DNA of 64,000 nucleotides from Octopus vulgaris (lineage: Eukaryota), in contig OX597824.1 of the NCBI GenBank assembly GCA_951406725.2, positions 66,588,001 through 66,652,000 on the forward strand, in the 5' to 3' direction. Of this stretch, positions 1-14,139 are shown piece by piece; within the stretch, counting starts at the first letter, position 1; each line of letters opens with the position of its first letter. Position numbers and translations under genes: made by a program. The notes under the pieces were generated by a model. The model ran no database searches and was not told where the DNA came from. It saw only the letters and a program-made list of their open reading frames with translations.

Positions 1-263
1 GATATCAACAATAATAATGGTGAGAGAGACAAAAATCTAAAAATAAAAAAATATATATCAATGTGTATGCAAGTGTATATGTGCAGTAAAACTATGACAT
101 AAGAATCTAACGGATGTGTTTAAAAAAAATAATAATAATAGACAACGTTCTAGATGAAATACAGTGTAAACAAGGCTACATGTGTCTCTTAGAGTACATT
201 GTATATATACATATATATTTACACATATATATACACATACACACACACATATATATACATATA

Positions 264-309
<46 letters not shown>

Positions 310-356
310 TACATATGCATATATATATGCGTATATACATACATATATATACATAT

Positions 357-793
357 GAGGTGGACGCAAGCTCAACTGCTGGTCCTGATGGTGTCCCAAC
401 AATCGTCCCCAAATCACGTAAGCGTGCCCTGGCAAAACTCCTCCAGATTCTCTTCTAGAGCTTTCTTGCAAATGGCAGACTGCCAAGTAAGCTGAAGGAG
501 GGAATAATATGCCCAATCCATAAAGGGAGAAGCAGAGCAGATGCCAAAAACTATAGGCCTATCTCTCTGACTTCACACATCAGCAAAGTCACGGAACGGG
601 TAGTCAGAGGGTAACTAATCGCATTCCTTGAAGAAAATAACTTGCTGAGTGATACCCAGTGTGGCTTTCGACCAAGTAGGAGCTGCCTGACTCAGCTCTT
701 ATAACATTATGACTGGGTGTTGAGGCAGTCACTCAACAACTCAAATGTGGACGGATTATACCTTGATTTTGCAAAAGCCTTTGACAAAGTGGA
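357..793 (+). mobile_element. CR1/L2-group LINE, degenerate RT N-terminal part
   Basis: Translates with stops and frameshifts to AGPDGVP...IICPIHKG.SRADAKNYRPISLTSHISKV...GFRPSRSCLTQLL...YLDFAKAFDKVD. Confidence 0.9.
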
Positions 794-794
794 T

Positions 795-1030
795 TATACA
801 TTATTTACATTATTTACATTTGACTGATATTTGTCCTCCTCTTGTTTGTTGTTAACACGTTTTGACTGATATACTCTCCAGCCTTCATCAAGTGTCTTGG
901 GGAAATTTTCTCATTCCTAAGGTATTTTTTAATGTTATTATCATTATTATTATTATTATTATTCAGGTCACTGCCTGGAATCTTGAGGTTAGTAGCCCGC
1001 ACTCTTAACCACTACGCCATATGCCCATGG
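795..1030 (-). mobile_element. Short insert splitting the LINE: Penelope-pLTR-like piece with decayed hammerhead, plus a tRNA-like SINE head
   Basis: TTATTTACA repeats followed by TTTGAC.GATATTTGTCCT, the same family as 57735-57850. Minus strand 854-895 reads acac-ttgatga-aggctg..cagtc-aaaa-cgtgtt. Confidence 0.55.
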
Positions 1031-1032
1031 GC

Positions 1033-1735
1033 ATAACTGCCCAGATAGTCATCCTTGCTAGCTATGCAGACGATATGAAAGTCTTGCAAAAAATACAGAA
1101 CCCCAGCAATGTTGCACATCTGCAGCAGGAGTTGGACTCAATTTATAGATGCGCTGAGTATAATATGCAGTTTAATGCTGAAATATTCTAAGTCCTGCAC
1201 TACCAGCATCCAAAACTGAATATGAAACTTACAGGGTACACTGGTCCACAGGAAATTTCAATCCCAGAGCCTAAATCAGTGAGGGACCTGGGTATCGACA
1301 TGAGTGATGATACTTCTCTCCGAGTTCACATTACCAGGATGGCAACAAAGTGCAGACGACTGGCTGGATGGATCCCAAGAACATTCAGAACCAGAGATAA
1401 GGAAACCATAATGGTCCTATGGATGACATTTGTCCTCAGCTGCCTGGATTACTGCTTCCAGCTATAGTCACCCACCAGTGTGAGATTAACAGCGGACGTT
1501 GAAGCAATCCAGAGAAGATTCACAAAGAAGATCGTCTCTTTGCAACAGCTCAGCTACTGGGAAAGGTTGAAATAGCTAAGACTCTACTCCTTGGAGCAAA
1601 AATAGGAGAGGTATGCAGTAATATACATCTGGAAGATCCTGGAAGGAATTGTGCTAAATTTTGGTATTGAAAGCTACACCTATACCAGAATGGGTCAACA
1701 CCGCATAGTGCCAAAGATCCCAGGAATGCCATTGC
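1033..1735 (+). mobile_element. CR1/L2-group LINE, RT C-terminal part (continuation of 357-793)
   Basis: SYADD motif near 1060-1075; ORF 1222-1467 has VRDLGI...RTFRTRD...LDYC. Confidence 0.9.
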
Positions 1736-1736
1736 A

Positions 1737-1835
1737 TTGTTTCCTTTGGAAACAATTCAAACTTTGTATGAGTCCATAGCTCATAGAATTCAAGCTGTAA
1801 TTACTGCCAGCTTACATTATTTTGTCCAACTCCTG
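1737..1835 (+). mobile_element. Tc1-like transposon 3' remnant
   Basis: [22 protein letters not shown] resembles a Tc1 transposase C-terminus. It is followed by a TIR-like ttttgtccaactcctg and then TA repeats. Confidence 0.55.
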
Positions 1836-1915
<80 letters not shown>

Positions 1916-2655
1916 CACATTTACGTATGTATGTATGTATGTATGTATGTATGTATGCATGTATGTGTGTGTATATATATATACATGCATGCATACATAC
2001 ATACATACATAAATACGCACACCCATATATATATACACATTATTTAAACACACACACACACACACACACATATATTATTTAAAGGATATAATACATCTTT
2101 TTAAGTGCTACTAATAGTTTCATATGTTAAGAAATATCTGAAACATACAGACGCAAGCCACATATCATCATACTGAACTAAAAATATTAAATAAGAGAAG
2201 AAACATGAAAAAGTTGAGAAGGCAGCATATAGAAAATGTGGAAGGTTAAAAAAACGGAAAATGAAAAATGGAAAATGAAAAACAGATAACGAAAATAAAA
2301 ACTAAAATGCAGGAAGTAAAAAAGTTACAAGAGTTATCCTCCTTAGACCTAAAATTATAAGATAGAAAATTAATCAGAAAATTAATTTTCCAGTTCTTCA
2401 AAAAAAAAAAAAAAAGGAAAAGAAAAACCTTTAAGTTGTTAGTTCCGTTTGATTTACAGCCCTTTAGTCCATGGGAAACTTCACCTTTCATTTCTTATGG
2501 GATCAATAAAACAAGTACTAGATGAAATGTTGGGGTTGATATAACTGGCAGAAACCTTGAAGGCAGTTCCCTAGTATTGTCACAGTTCTATGACAAACCA
2601 GCAAAAGGATAAAAGAATCAGAACATAGTATTAAACCAATTAGTATGTAAACCAG

Positions 2656-2990
2656 TGAAGGCGCATGGCTCAGCGGTTAGAGCATTGAGCTTACGATCAC
2701 GAGGTTGTGGGTTCGAATCCCTGACCGGGCTGGGTGTTGTGTTCTTGAGCAAGACACTTTATTTCACATTGCTCCAGTTCACTCAGCTGTAGAAATGAGT
2801 TGCGATGTCACAGGTGCCAAGCTGTATCGGCCTTTTCCTTTCCCTTGGATAACACTGATGGCGTGGAGAGGGGAGGCCGGTATGCATGGGCAACTGCTGG
2901 TCTTCCATAAACAACCTTGCCCGGACTTGTGACTGGGAGGGTAATTTTCTAGGTGCAATCCCAAGGTCAGTCATGACCGAAGGGGTCTCA
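2656..2990 (+). mobile_element. tRNA-derived SINE (family B2)
   Basis: A box tggctcagcggttagagc, B box ggttcgaatccc; closely similar second copy at 40471-40803. Confidence 0.85.
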
Positions 2991-3284
2991 GCAGTATGTA
3001 AACCATCACATCGTGTATAATTAGTACAGTTAGATCCAATATAGAGCAAAAAGTAAGCACTCCGTGAACTGAGTCTGTCATCTGGTTTTCTTTCCTGGTT
3101 GCAACTTATTTCACTCCTCTTGTTACTTTGAGTTCTTTTGAGAAGGACATCAATACACTTTATCTCATTTCTCTTGTAATATCTAAGAGTTTTGTGCCTG
3201 TGTTAAAAATTATGTTGTCTGTAGCCTTCTTGTTTAAATATTCAAAATCCTTTTTTCTATTTATCTTAATTATTTTTTTTGCAG

Positions 3285-3411
3285 TTGCCACAACAGCCAG
3301 ATAGTAGCAACGGTACACCACTTTGCACTGAAGCTTCTGTAAACATGCTTCCACAGCCACCCTTTTCAACACCACCACTGCAACCACTACCACCACCACC
3401 ACCACCTCCTG
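3285..3411 (+). CDS. Internal exon of Pro-rich PLEKHB/evectin-like gene
   Basis: Polypyrimidine tract then gcag| acceptor; LPQQPDSS...PPPPPPP; g|gtact donor in phase 1, matching the next exon. Confidence 0.75.
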
Positions 3412-3891
3412 GTACTATGGCATCTATTACAGATATATATGTTGTAAACTGCATTTCTGAAGAGCTTTGTGTTTCTGTGTACCTGTGTTATGAGCAACTG
3501 TGCAAATGAGTGAAGGGTTGTTATTGCTATGGTTTTGTCTAGTCACAGATTAACTCTGATGGAACTGAGATATGGTTAAAAAAAGACATTGTAGCCATGA
3601 CCAGCTCATCTTTTTGAACATAATTTATTTCAGAGTAAATCATCTTTTGTTAAAAAAAAAAAAGATTTGGTAGATTTCTGAGTGTGCCGTCTTTGTGTTA
3701 ATTTACTTACTTAATCTCTTCACTGCCTATAGAGCATAAGTTTTCTCTGCTGTTCTTGACGCTGAAGAACAAGAAAGAATTTACAAGGCTACCGGTTTCT
3801 GGTTATCAGATCTTTTGTATTTCTCTCTCTCTCTCTCTCTCTCACACACGAAAACACACAGACACACAAACACACAGACACACACACACAT

Positions 3892-3932
<41 letters not shown>

Positions 3933-4179
3933 ATTGGTAGCATTATTTAGGAATAAGATAGAATGCATTGTGATATTTGTTTCAACTCTCTGTCCTGTGA
4001 GTTCAAGTCATGTCAAGATCAACTTTGCCTTTTATCTTTTTGAGGTAGATAAATTAAGTATCAGCCCAGTGTAACCCCACCCTGCCATCTCTCATATCAT
4101 TGATATTTGCTGAATCAAGAATCTCTGCAGAGGAAGAAAAAAATTTGAAGATAATATCTGTTCTGTAATTGTTTGTAGT

Positions 4180-4472
4180 GTGGAGGCATATGGCCTTGTG
4201 GTTAGAGTAGTGGACTCATGGTCGAGGGACCACAGGTTCAAATCTCAGATTGGGCGATGTGTGTGTTTATGAGTGAAACAGTTTCAGCAGAAGGTAATGG
4301 CAAACTTCTGCTGACTCTTTTGCCACAACTTTCTCTCACTCTTTCCTCCTGCATCCAGTAGTTCACTTGTGACGGACCAGCATCCTGTCCAGGTGGGGAA
4401 CCTATACGCCAATGAAACCTGGAAACTGGCCCTTATAAGCCAGGCATGGCTCAAGAAGGAACCAACAACAAC
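4180..4472 (+). mobile_element. tRNA-derived SINE (family B), intronic
   Basis: Head ggaggcatatggccttgtggttagag; similar to 26330-26585 and to minus-strand copies at 20650, 44313 and 60400. Confidence 0.75.
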
Positions 4473-4521
4473 AAATTGTTTGTAACATTGACATTTAATA
4501 AACTCTGTGAATCTATTTCAG

Positions 4522-4707
4522 GTGGACCTTATTATCTGCCAAATACCTTTGGTACAAACATCAGCAGGGCTCCACCAAGCTATCCACCAATGTACCAACA
4601 GCAGGTGACAACCATTTCCCCTGTAGGATATCCAAGGATACAACAGCCACCACCACAGACTGTTATTGTCCGGGAAGAGAGAAGTTCCAATGATGGATTT
4701 GCTTCAG
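4522..4707 (+). CDS. Internal exon of Pro-rich PLEKHB/evectin-like gene
   Basis: tttcag| acceptor, 186 nt, phase 1-1; GGPYYLP...PPSYPPMY...PPPQTVIVREERSSNDGFAS; g|gttatt donor. Confidence 0.85.
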
Positions 4708-4822
4708 GTTATTTAATTTTTTCTTATAAATTCTGAGTTCAATTACTCCTGCTACCAAATGTACTTTTTATTATATTAGCGAGACTCCCATAAAGTTAAT
4801 AGAATAAATATTTGGCAATTAT

Positions 4823-4983
4823 AGGCACAGCTTAGCTGTGTGGTAAGATGTTTGCTTTCTAACCACATGGTTCTGGGTTCAGTCCCACTGTATGGCACCT
4901 TGGGCAAGTGTCTTCTACAATAACCTCAGAATGATCAAAGCCTTATGTAGTGGATTTGATTGATGAAAACTGAAAGAAGTTCT

Positions 4984-5027
<44 letters not shown>

Positions 5028-5268
5028 TGTGTGTGTGTGCATACGTGTGTCCTCTTATCTCAACATCATGTGATGAATGTGAGTCACTGTCGTATAAGTG
5101 ATGTTCAAATTTTTCATTTCAAATTTTTCATGGAAAACATGTCTAGCCATGGAGAAATGAGGATCAGTGACAGAAAGAGTATCTGGTCGCAGAAAATCTG
5201 CCACAGCAAATTCTACCTGACTCTTGAAAGCATGGAAAAGTGGATGTTAAAATAATGATGATGATGAT
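4823..5268 (+). mobile_element. SINE family A head, (TG)n and RTE-type tail
   Basis: Head gctgtgtggtaag...ggttcagtcccac; ends gcatggaaaagtggatgttaaa-(TGA)n. Confidence 0.75.
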
Positions 5269-5413
5269 AACTTTTGCATGTTACTTTATAGTATATACTC
5301 AATATCTTTTCCATGTTACAGCTCAATGATTGTGATGTAATATAGACCATCTATTCTTCAGCTACTTGTAAATACAGTATAGATATAATCCTGAATTATA
5401 CTTTCTGTTACAG

Positions 5414-5655
5414 GTCTTCTTTTGGGTGATGCCCTGGGATTTGGCCTTGGAGCTGGATGGTTTTCAGGCGGTGGCTATGGTGGTGGGTATACAGGATTTG
5501 ATGATAGCCAAAATATCCAGATCAACAATTATTATGATGTCGATAACACAAATATTGAGAACACTGACTTCACTGATGTTGATAACAGTTTTGACACCAA
5601 TAACTTCGATATTGGTAACAATGATGGATTTTGTGATGATGGATTCAACTTCTGA
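5414..5655 (+). CDS. Terminal coding exon of PLEKHB/evectin-like gene (Gly-rich hydrophobic segment, then Asp/Asn-rich tail)
   Basis: ttacag| acceptor in phase 1; GLLLGDALGFGLGAGWF...DDGFNF-TGA. The spliced QTVIVREERSSNDGFASGLLLGDALGFG resembles the evectin C-terminus (from memory QVIIRERYRDNDSDLALGMLAG). PH-domain exons are not seen in the window. Confidence 0.8.
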
Positions 5656-6210
5656 AGACATGAGACCTGAACACTAAGTGCAACTATATACACTCAAATG
5701 AAATTCTGCACATGAGAAACACATATTTTGACATAGCTTTAGGTGTAATTATACTCTATTTAGTCAGACTAGCCAAATTTCATCTTAGAATTCAGATAAA
5801 AATTAAGTTGAAATATTTCCCAGAATACTATTAACCATGACAAATATAATATGTTTATATCCAAAATGGTATCATTTAATGATAATTTGCCTTTAATCTG
5901 GTTTGGATTTTGGCTACTTATAAAAAAGTATAATGCAACTAGCCAACTCAATAGATTGTTTCTTGCTTACAAAACAGATTTTCTTCTGATAGAAAACTGG
6001 TTGAATCTTCTTGCAGTCAAGTGTAGAGCTATTTAAAAAATATTTCTTTGTGATATATGTATACACTGTATGCTAAATATATATCATTCTTTTGAATGCA
6101 ATTTACTGGTATTCAATATTCAGTTACTGTTACTTTAAATTCATAGAAAAATGTTTTAAAATATTATTTTACGACTTTATTAAAAAGTGTTCTGTAAAGC
6201 TTGCATTATA

Positions 6211-6216
6211 AATAAA
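6211..6216 (+). promoter_or_regulatory. Candidate polyadenylation signal
   Basis: AATAAA after about 550 nt of repeat-free AT-rich 3' UTR, with GT/T-rich sequence about 25 nt downstream. Confidence 0.55.
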
Positions 6217-6569
6217 TATGTTCTTATATGATCAAGAGTTGTTTTTTAATGCCTGTCCACCCACCTATCTGGTTCATATTGCAGATCATGAGACCTACTT
6301 CTCATTTTGCTGGCTAGATTGGAAGTAGGTTATTTGAGCTTGCAGAAGTATGAGAGCATAGATGAGTTGGTATGTGCTGCGTGCATAGAGGAAGAATGTC
6401 TTAGCCAAGACCCTCATAGGTAAGGAATTATTCCAGATAGGTAAAGGTGATAGAGTGGATAGAGTTGGCATGCTGTAATCAGAATCATTAATAGATAAGG
6501 CAAATGAAGTAGTGAGGGCATGTGATAAAATTATTAAACACCTTTTATCTTTTCATATACATCACATTC

Positions 6570-8330
<1,761 letters not shown>

Positions 8331-8470
8331 TTGAAGTAAGAACAAAATTATTTAGGAATGTACGAAGGAAGACATGATCTTTATGACATCAAGGAAATGA
8401 CAGAATTCCATTTGCAGAGGAGGCGCCTGTAGAAATTCCCTAGGGTATACCAAGTTAATATTTTCTGGTG

Positions 8471-8532
<62 letters not shown>

Positions 8533-9737
8533 TGTTTGCGAGTGTATCTGTGAATGTGTTTGTGTGAAGACGTCTTCGGTAGAAAGTAAAGATAAACATT
8601 TAAATGCAGGGGAGATAAGCCTCACAGTCACCAATCTCTGGTGGTCATTAAGGTCAAGAGAGATAATAAATTCCTGTGGCAAATTTAGCTACCACTTTTT
8701 AAAAATCACTGTAGATAAATTCCAGCAAAGGCCGCCTCTGATATTTTGAAATTTGGTGGTGGTGTTTGTGTGTGTGGGAGGATAGCAAAAATCATGAATC
8801 TTCAAAAATTTTTTCTTTAATAGCATAAAGTGTGTTTATGGAGAGAAAAATATTGAAAAATACCAATACATGTCAGAGTGACAAAGAAACAAGGAAGGTG
8901 GTCGTGGGATGTGCTAGAGACAACAAGCAAATCTGTTAAATCACACTTCTTTTCGTTTGAAAATATTTACAATTTTTTTTTTTTATCAAAAAGGCTTCTC
9001 CCATTGTTATTATGTGTCTAGTTCTAAAAATATTGGCCAGAATCGGTCTGAAAGGTGGTAGTGGTAGTGGTGGGGTGAGGTGAATTAAAAAATCATAAAT
9101 TTTCCAAAACGTCTCCTCATTGAAAGATGCAGTGGTGAAAAATAAATTGGAAAAATCCCTGTCAAATCGGAGAAAATCCAACTTATGCAGGTATCCTGAT
9201 CTGAAATCCTGCTCAATCAGATTGAAAGAAGTTCATGGTTTAATTGTTTATTCAGAGTCTCTACACATTTTAGATTTGATATATTTCTTATTGTTGTTAC
9301 TTTGTATTTAGGAATTTTGATGACCAATGCAGACCTGTTGGAACTTCCAAATTTTCATAATTTTCACGTAAGGTAGAATTTAAAAAAATTCTGCTGGCTT
9401 ACATATTTAATAATTGTTACATATTAAACAAGCTTTGTTTGTTTATAATTACCTGTACATTTTAATCTTCTCTTTTTTGTGCATGTTGTACACTGAGGTG
9501 CAAAAAGTTGCGGCAGAGACAGTAAGAGCATCCAAGGCTAAGTCATAGGGAAACTTTGGGGTCAAGGTGGACTCTGATTACAGAGACGAGCATATGTGAG
9601 AGATGGAGAGATTATTTTCTGATTTATTTTACTTAGAATAAATACCAAGCTTAGCAAAAAATTAAGTACTGGGGTCAATTTACTTGACTAAAGCAAATTG
9701 TTCAAGGTGGTGCCCCGGTATGGTTGCAGTCTAATGA

Positions 9738-9769
9738 CAGGAGTCAGGGAACTTTTTTGACCAATAACC

Positions 9770-9831
<62 letters not shown>

Positions 9832-10310
9832 CGCCAACATTATCCATTTTATTTGAAAGTAAGAAAATCATAGATTCTTTGAATTCAAAAGGTTTATAGA
9901 ATCTTTTTTATGTGGAGAATACAATTATGAATATAAAAAGTATAAAACAAATGCAATAAAATAAATTAATATCCTCATTATGAAAGTAAAAGAATTTTTC
10001 TATTTACTTTTTCACTTCAGTTTTTGGAGAAATGATGTTGTTCAATTCTTGCTACAGTTACATCAAAATTGGGGCATTTTGATGCCAGAGCAATTTGGAT
10101 ACGCTCTTCAGGGTCCAAATCGATTAGTCAGCTTTGCTTTTATGTTCATTAGAGTGGAAAATCCTTGTTTGCAAAGATAAGTTGTTGCAAAAGGCAGCAA
10201 CTTTTTGATTGCCTCTTCATCTCAGAAGAAAAATTTCTCTCGTAACAAGGAACACATTTTTTATATAATCTTACTTATTTTTAATGAGTCCTCATTACCC
10301 CCAAAGAATT
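9738..10310 (-). mobile_element. hAT (Charlie/Buster-like) transposase C-terminal remnant with terminus
   Basis: Minus strand reads EAIKKLLPFATTYLCKQGFSTLMNIK (hAT dimerisation domain); TIR-like caggagtcagggaactttt at 9738. Confidence 0.75.
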
Positions 10311-10419
10311 TCATTTTTATCTCACTTGGGGTAATTTACCCTAGTTCACCAAACCCTAAATTACTTTATACGCACTTTTTGACAAGTTGTGGTGCACCTG
10401 AGCACTGTATACAATAATT

Positions 10420-10463
<44 letters not shown>

Positions 10464-10809
10464 TTAAAAGAATGGTTATTTCTCTTGCACTATTATACCT
10501 TTTGAGGTAATTACCTCCCTTAGTATAGATGTTCCAATGTGAACTTCATTTTTGTATCAATACATCAGTTTTCTAAAAAAGAAAAGAAAAAAAATCCTTA
10601 CATCTTAATTCCCTATTTGCAGTGTATGCGGTCATGCTATAAATTTGAAATATTCAACAACTGCTGTCATGAAAAAAATTTAGCCATAAAATGGCATAAC
10701 AGAAGGGGGCCTGCTGTTTTGGGAAAACAGGAGTTAGAAAAAATTCTTGTGAGAAAATCAACAAATATTTCTTTGTAAAAATGTCATGAGCAAACTTATT
10801 ATGATTCTT

Positions 10810-11260
10810 TTATTCTTTTATTCTTTTATTTGTTTCAGTCATTTGACTGTGGCCATGCTGGAGCACTGCTTTTAGTTGAACAAATCAGCCCCAGGACTTA
10901 CTCTTTGTTAGTCTAGTTCTCATTCTATTGGTCTCTTTTTGTTGAACCGTTAAGTTACAAGGATGTAAACACACCAGCATCGGTTGTCAAGCGATGTTGG
11001 GGTGGGGGTGGGGGACAAACACAGACATACAAACACACACACATACATACACACACATACAAACACACATACACATACACATGCGTGCACACACACACAC
11101 ACACACATGACGGGCTTCTTTCAGTTTCCATCTACCAAACCCACTAACAAAGCTTTGGTTGGCCCGAGGCTATAGTAGAAAACACTTACCAAGGTGCCAT
11201 ACAGTGGGACTGATCCTGGAACCATGTGGTTGGTAAGCAAACTACTTACCACACAGCCAT
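10810..11260 (-). mobile_element. SINE family A, near full length
   Basis: Reverse complement of 45500-45900, including the internal (CA)n. Confidence 0.85.
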
Positions 11261-11639
11261 TTGCTTATGACTTAGACTGATGTAGGGCTCTATTTATAAC
11301 TTTTCCCAAAGCTAGGAAGCTGGTGGAAGGAAATTATTATTAGATAGGAAACCAGACCTGAATAATTAGAATTATAATTGCACTAAAGGCCCTCAAGAGC
11401 CTAGTGTGGAGTTAAAAATCAGGCTTCAGATTAAATCTACTATCCAAGAATAGGAACCATCCCTTCTTGGGATTTCACTGTTATTATCTACTAAATTTCA
11501 CACACAAGACTCTGGCTGACCCAAAGCTATTCTTTTTATCTTTTATCTTTCACTTGTTTTACAACCATATTAGGGTACTGACTCGAAGAGTTTACTCCAA
11601 TAACTTAATCCTATTACTTATTTTTAAGTCAGGTACTTA

Positions 11640-12141
11640 CCGTAAATCCTCGAGTATAATCTGCATTTTTTTCCCAAAATTTAAAGGTCAAAATCCCTAG
11701 TGCATACTATATACGCGATTAAAAATGAAAAATATTTTCTAAGCAATGTCCTAGTTTCTATTTGCTGTCTGGCAATGTTTATTCAGACGCATTTTGTGAT
11801 GTCGGGTGCGAAAATACCTTAAGCTAAGCCTGAAAGTAATGAAGTCATAACAGAATCATCTATAACTTGCAGTAAGCAACATTTATTAAAATAAAAGTAT
11901 TCAGAACACAGAATAACATATAACAAAAACAATTTGCAAACATATTTACATTCCCATATAACAGTTAAGAACATCACCATTATTGTATTACGCATGCGCA
12001 GAAGTGTTTGTTTGACTAGGTGCTGCTGGCTTAATTATGCACGACTGAAGTTAGAGAAGGTTAAGGTTTTTCAGAGGTACAGCCCCCTAAAAATCCCCTG
12101 CGTATTATACTTAAGGGCGGACTATACTCAAAGATTTACAG
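11640..12141. mobile_element. Non-autonomous Tc1/mariner-superfamily (pogo/Tc2-like) MITE
   Basis: TA|ccgtaaatcctcgagtataatc ... gactatactcaaagatttacag imperfect TIRs; partial second copy at 58213-58370. Confidence 0.75.
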
Positions 12142-13359
12142 TGTTCTATCAAAATATATTGCAGAACTACTAAATTAAGGGGACATAAACAAACCAACAC
12201 TTGTCTGGTGACAGAAGTCAGACACACACACACACACACATAATGAGCTTCCACATAGTTTCTGTCTACTGGATTCCCTTGCAAGGCATTGGTTGGTCCA
12301 TGGCTATAGTAGAAGACACGTAGCAAAGGTGCCATGCATTGGATCTGGATCTAAAACCATGTGGTTGCTGAAAAGTGAGTTTCTTAATCACACAGCCATA
12401 CCAGAACATTTTTGTGTAAGATGCTGCATAGCCTGATTGAACCTGAAACCATGCAGTTGAGAAATGTACCTTTTAACCATACAACTATGTGGGAACATTT
12501 TCTATTGAATTGATGTTATTGTTTTTAAAATCCTTATAATGGGCCAGAAATATTGATCCTTGCACTTGATTGGTCCTTTAATTTATGAACCCCATCCAAA
12601 AGATTGAAATCAAAAATCTACCTTTGTGGGTTTTGAACCCAGAATATAGTTAAATAACTCCTGATTGCTGGGATAATTGCGTTATTAGGCAAAATAGGCT
12701 GAAGCTACGGTGAACATTGAGGTTATGGTGTAGCTTGTAGTTTGTGGTAGAGGTTATAGTATGAAGTTGTGCTGTAAGTGTTCAGTTAAATAACTGTGCT
12801 GCAACTGTTCAGGGGTAATTTCCTAGGAGCAGTTATCTGGAGTCAGTTGTCTTGATGCTCATAGAAACAGCAGAGACAAATACCAACCTGTGAGTCTACA
12901 CCACTAAAACCTATAAAATGGCAGGATTTTAAATATACTCTAGTTTATGACTGGTGTTTTTATGAACCCTGTAAAGATGTAAGACTAATCAACCTAAACA
13001 GGATTTAAACTAAGAATATTGGGATATAATTAAACAACACAAGCTATTTATAGTAGTAATCTGAATGAATTAAATAAGCTAAATATGTTTAGTTGTACAT
13101 AATTAGATGTATTACTGGTATTTCTATATAATTAGATGCAGGAATAATTAGATGCTGATGGTTATTTAAGAAAATAACATAAATATTAGTGAACCAATCC
13201 TAATATTAAAATACTCCAGCACTCCCTAACTGAACTGTTTTCTCTCTTATTTTTCACCATATTTGCAACTGTGATGGAAGTGTTGAAGTCAAAGAACTGA
13301 GACTATACAGACTAAGGAAACCATACATTTTAATTGCTCACTGGGCTAAATTATTTGTT

Positions 13360-14130
13360 AGGGATACAAATAAAGATTTGAACTCTTACCCCATCATCTA
13401 AAAAAGTCAACATACTGCCCACGTATCCATTGTGACAACCTTTGGTTATAATAACAGCTTCACAAGAGGTTATATTACATTAGAAGAACTCATGTAGTTG
13501 TGAGCATGACTTGGCAGGGTTGATAATTTACTAGATAAATAGTGGAAAGGGTGAAGATTCATATCCTATAATGCCCAACATCGTATCGGTGGCCAAATCC
13601 AAATAGCTCTCAATAGTTGAACCAAGACTAAATACCAGTGCCAAATTATTGAACTGATAAGCATTATATTAACTGGGAGAGTGCTGAATTCAATCCTTTC
13701 TCTAGGTGTGGAGTAAGAAACTATTTCTAATGGACCTGATGTTATGAATCCTTGTTCATTAACACATTGACTTCAACATTATCTTAATATCTCCAGTTCA
13801 AATATAATGCTTTTGAATGTAAATTACTGGAAGCATACCTGACTATCAAACATTATTGAAACATGTCAGATGGATCTGTTTTTGCTATCTCTATGGATCA
13901 CTGATCACTCATACATGCATTCAACATGAAGCCTTATCACTGCTCACATAATGAAGTTTGCCACCTTGACTTTATATCACAGTATACCATGAACAAACAT
14001 CACAGCAAGGGTTCAGCCAACTCAGTGGCTGATGCATTTTCTCACATGCAACTGAATGTATTATATACAGATCAATGCTATTGATCTTCAACAGATTGCA
14101 GCTGATCAGAAAAAATGAAGAAGAGCTTGT
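13360..14130 (+). mobile_element. Decayed Ty3/Gypsy pol fragment (RNase H; possible RT trace)
   Basis: From 13800: KYNAFECKLLEAYLTIKHY*...FAISMDH*SL...HLDFISQY...KGSANSVADAFS, matching the Gypsy RNase H pattern Y...RELLA...TDH.PL...G..N.VADALSR. Confidence 0.75.
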
Positions 14131-14139
14131 TATTCTTCA

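Noticed and set aside
58-516. Many ORFs of [20 protein letters not shown] type throughout the track
   Set aside because: They are translations of microsatellites that lack stops, with no splice or family support.
2105-2176. Further hammerhead-like traces (also about 21555-21610, 30720-30770, 46750-46825 and 52330-52440)
   Set aside because: The core or stem I is too decayed to distinguish from chance by eye.
2656-2730. tRNA-like sequences (also 40471, 20750 and 45500)
   Set aside because: They are SINE heads continuing into conserved SINE bodies; no complete cloverleaf was verified.
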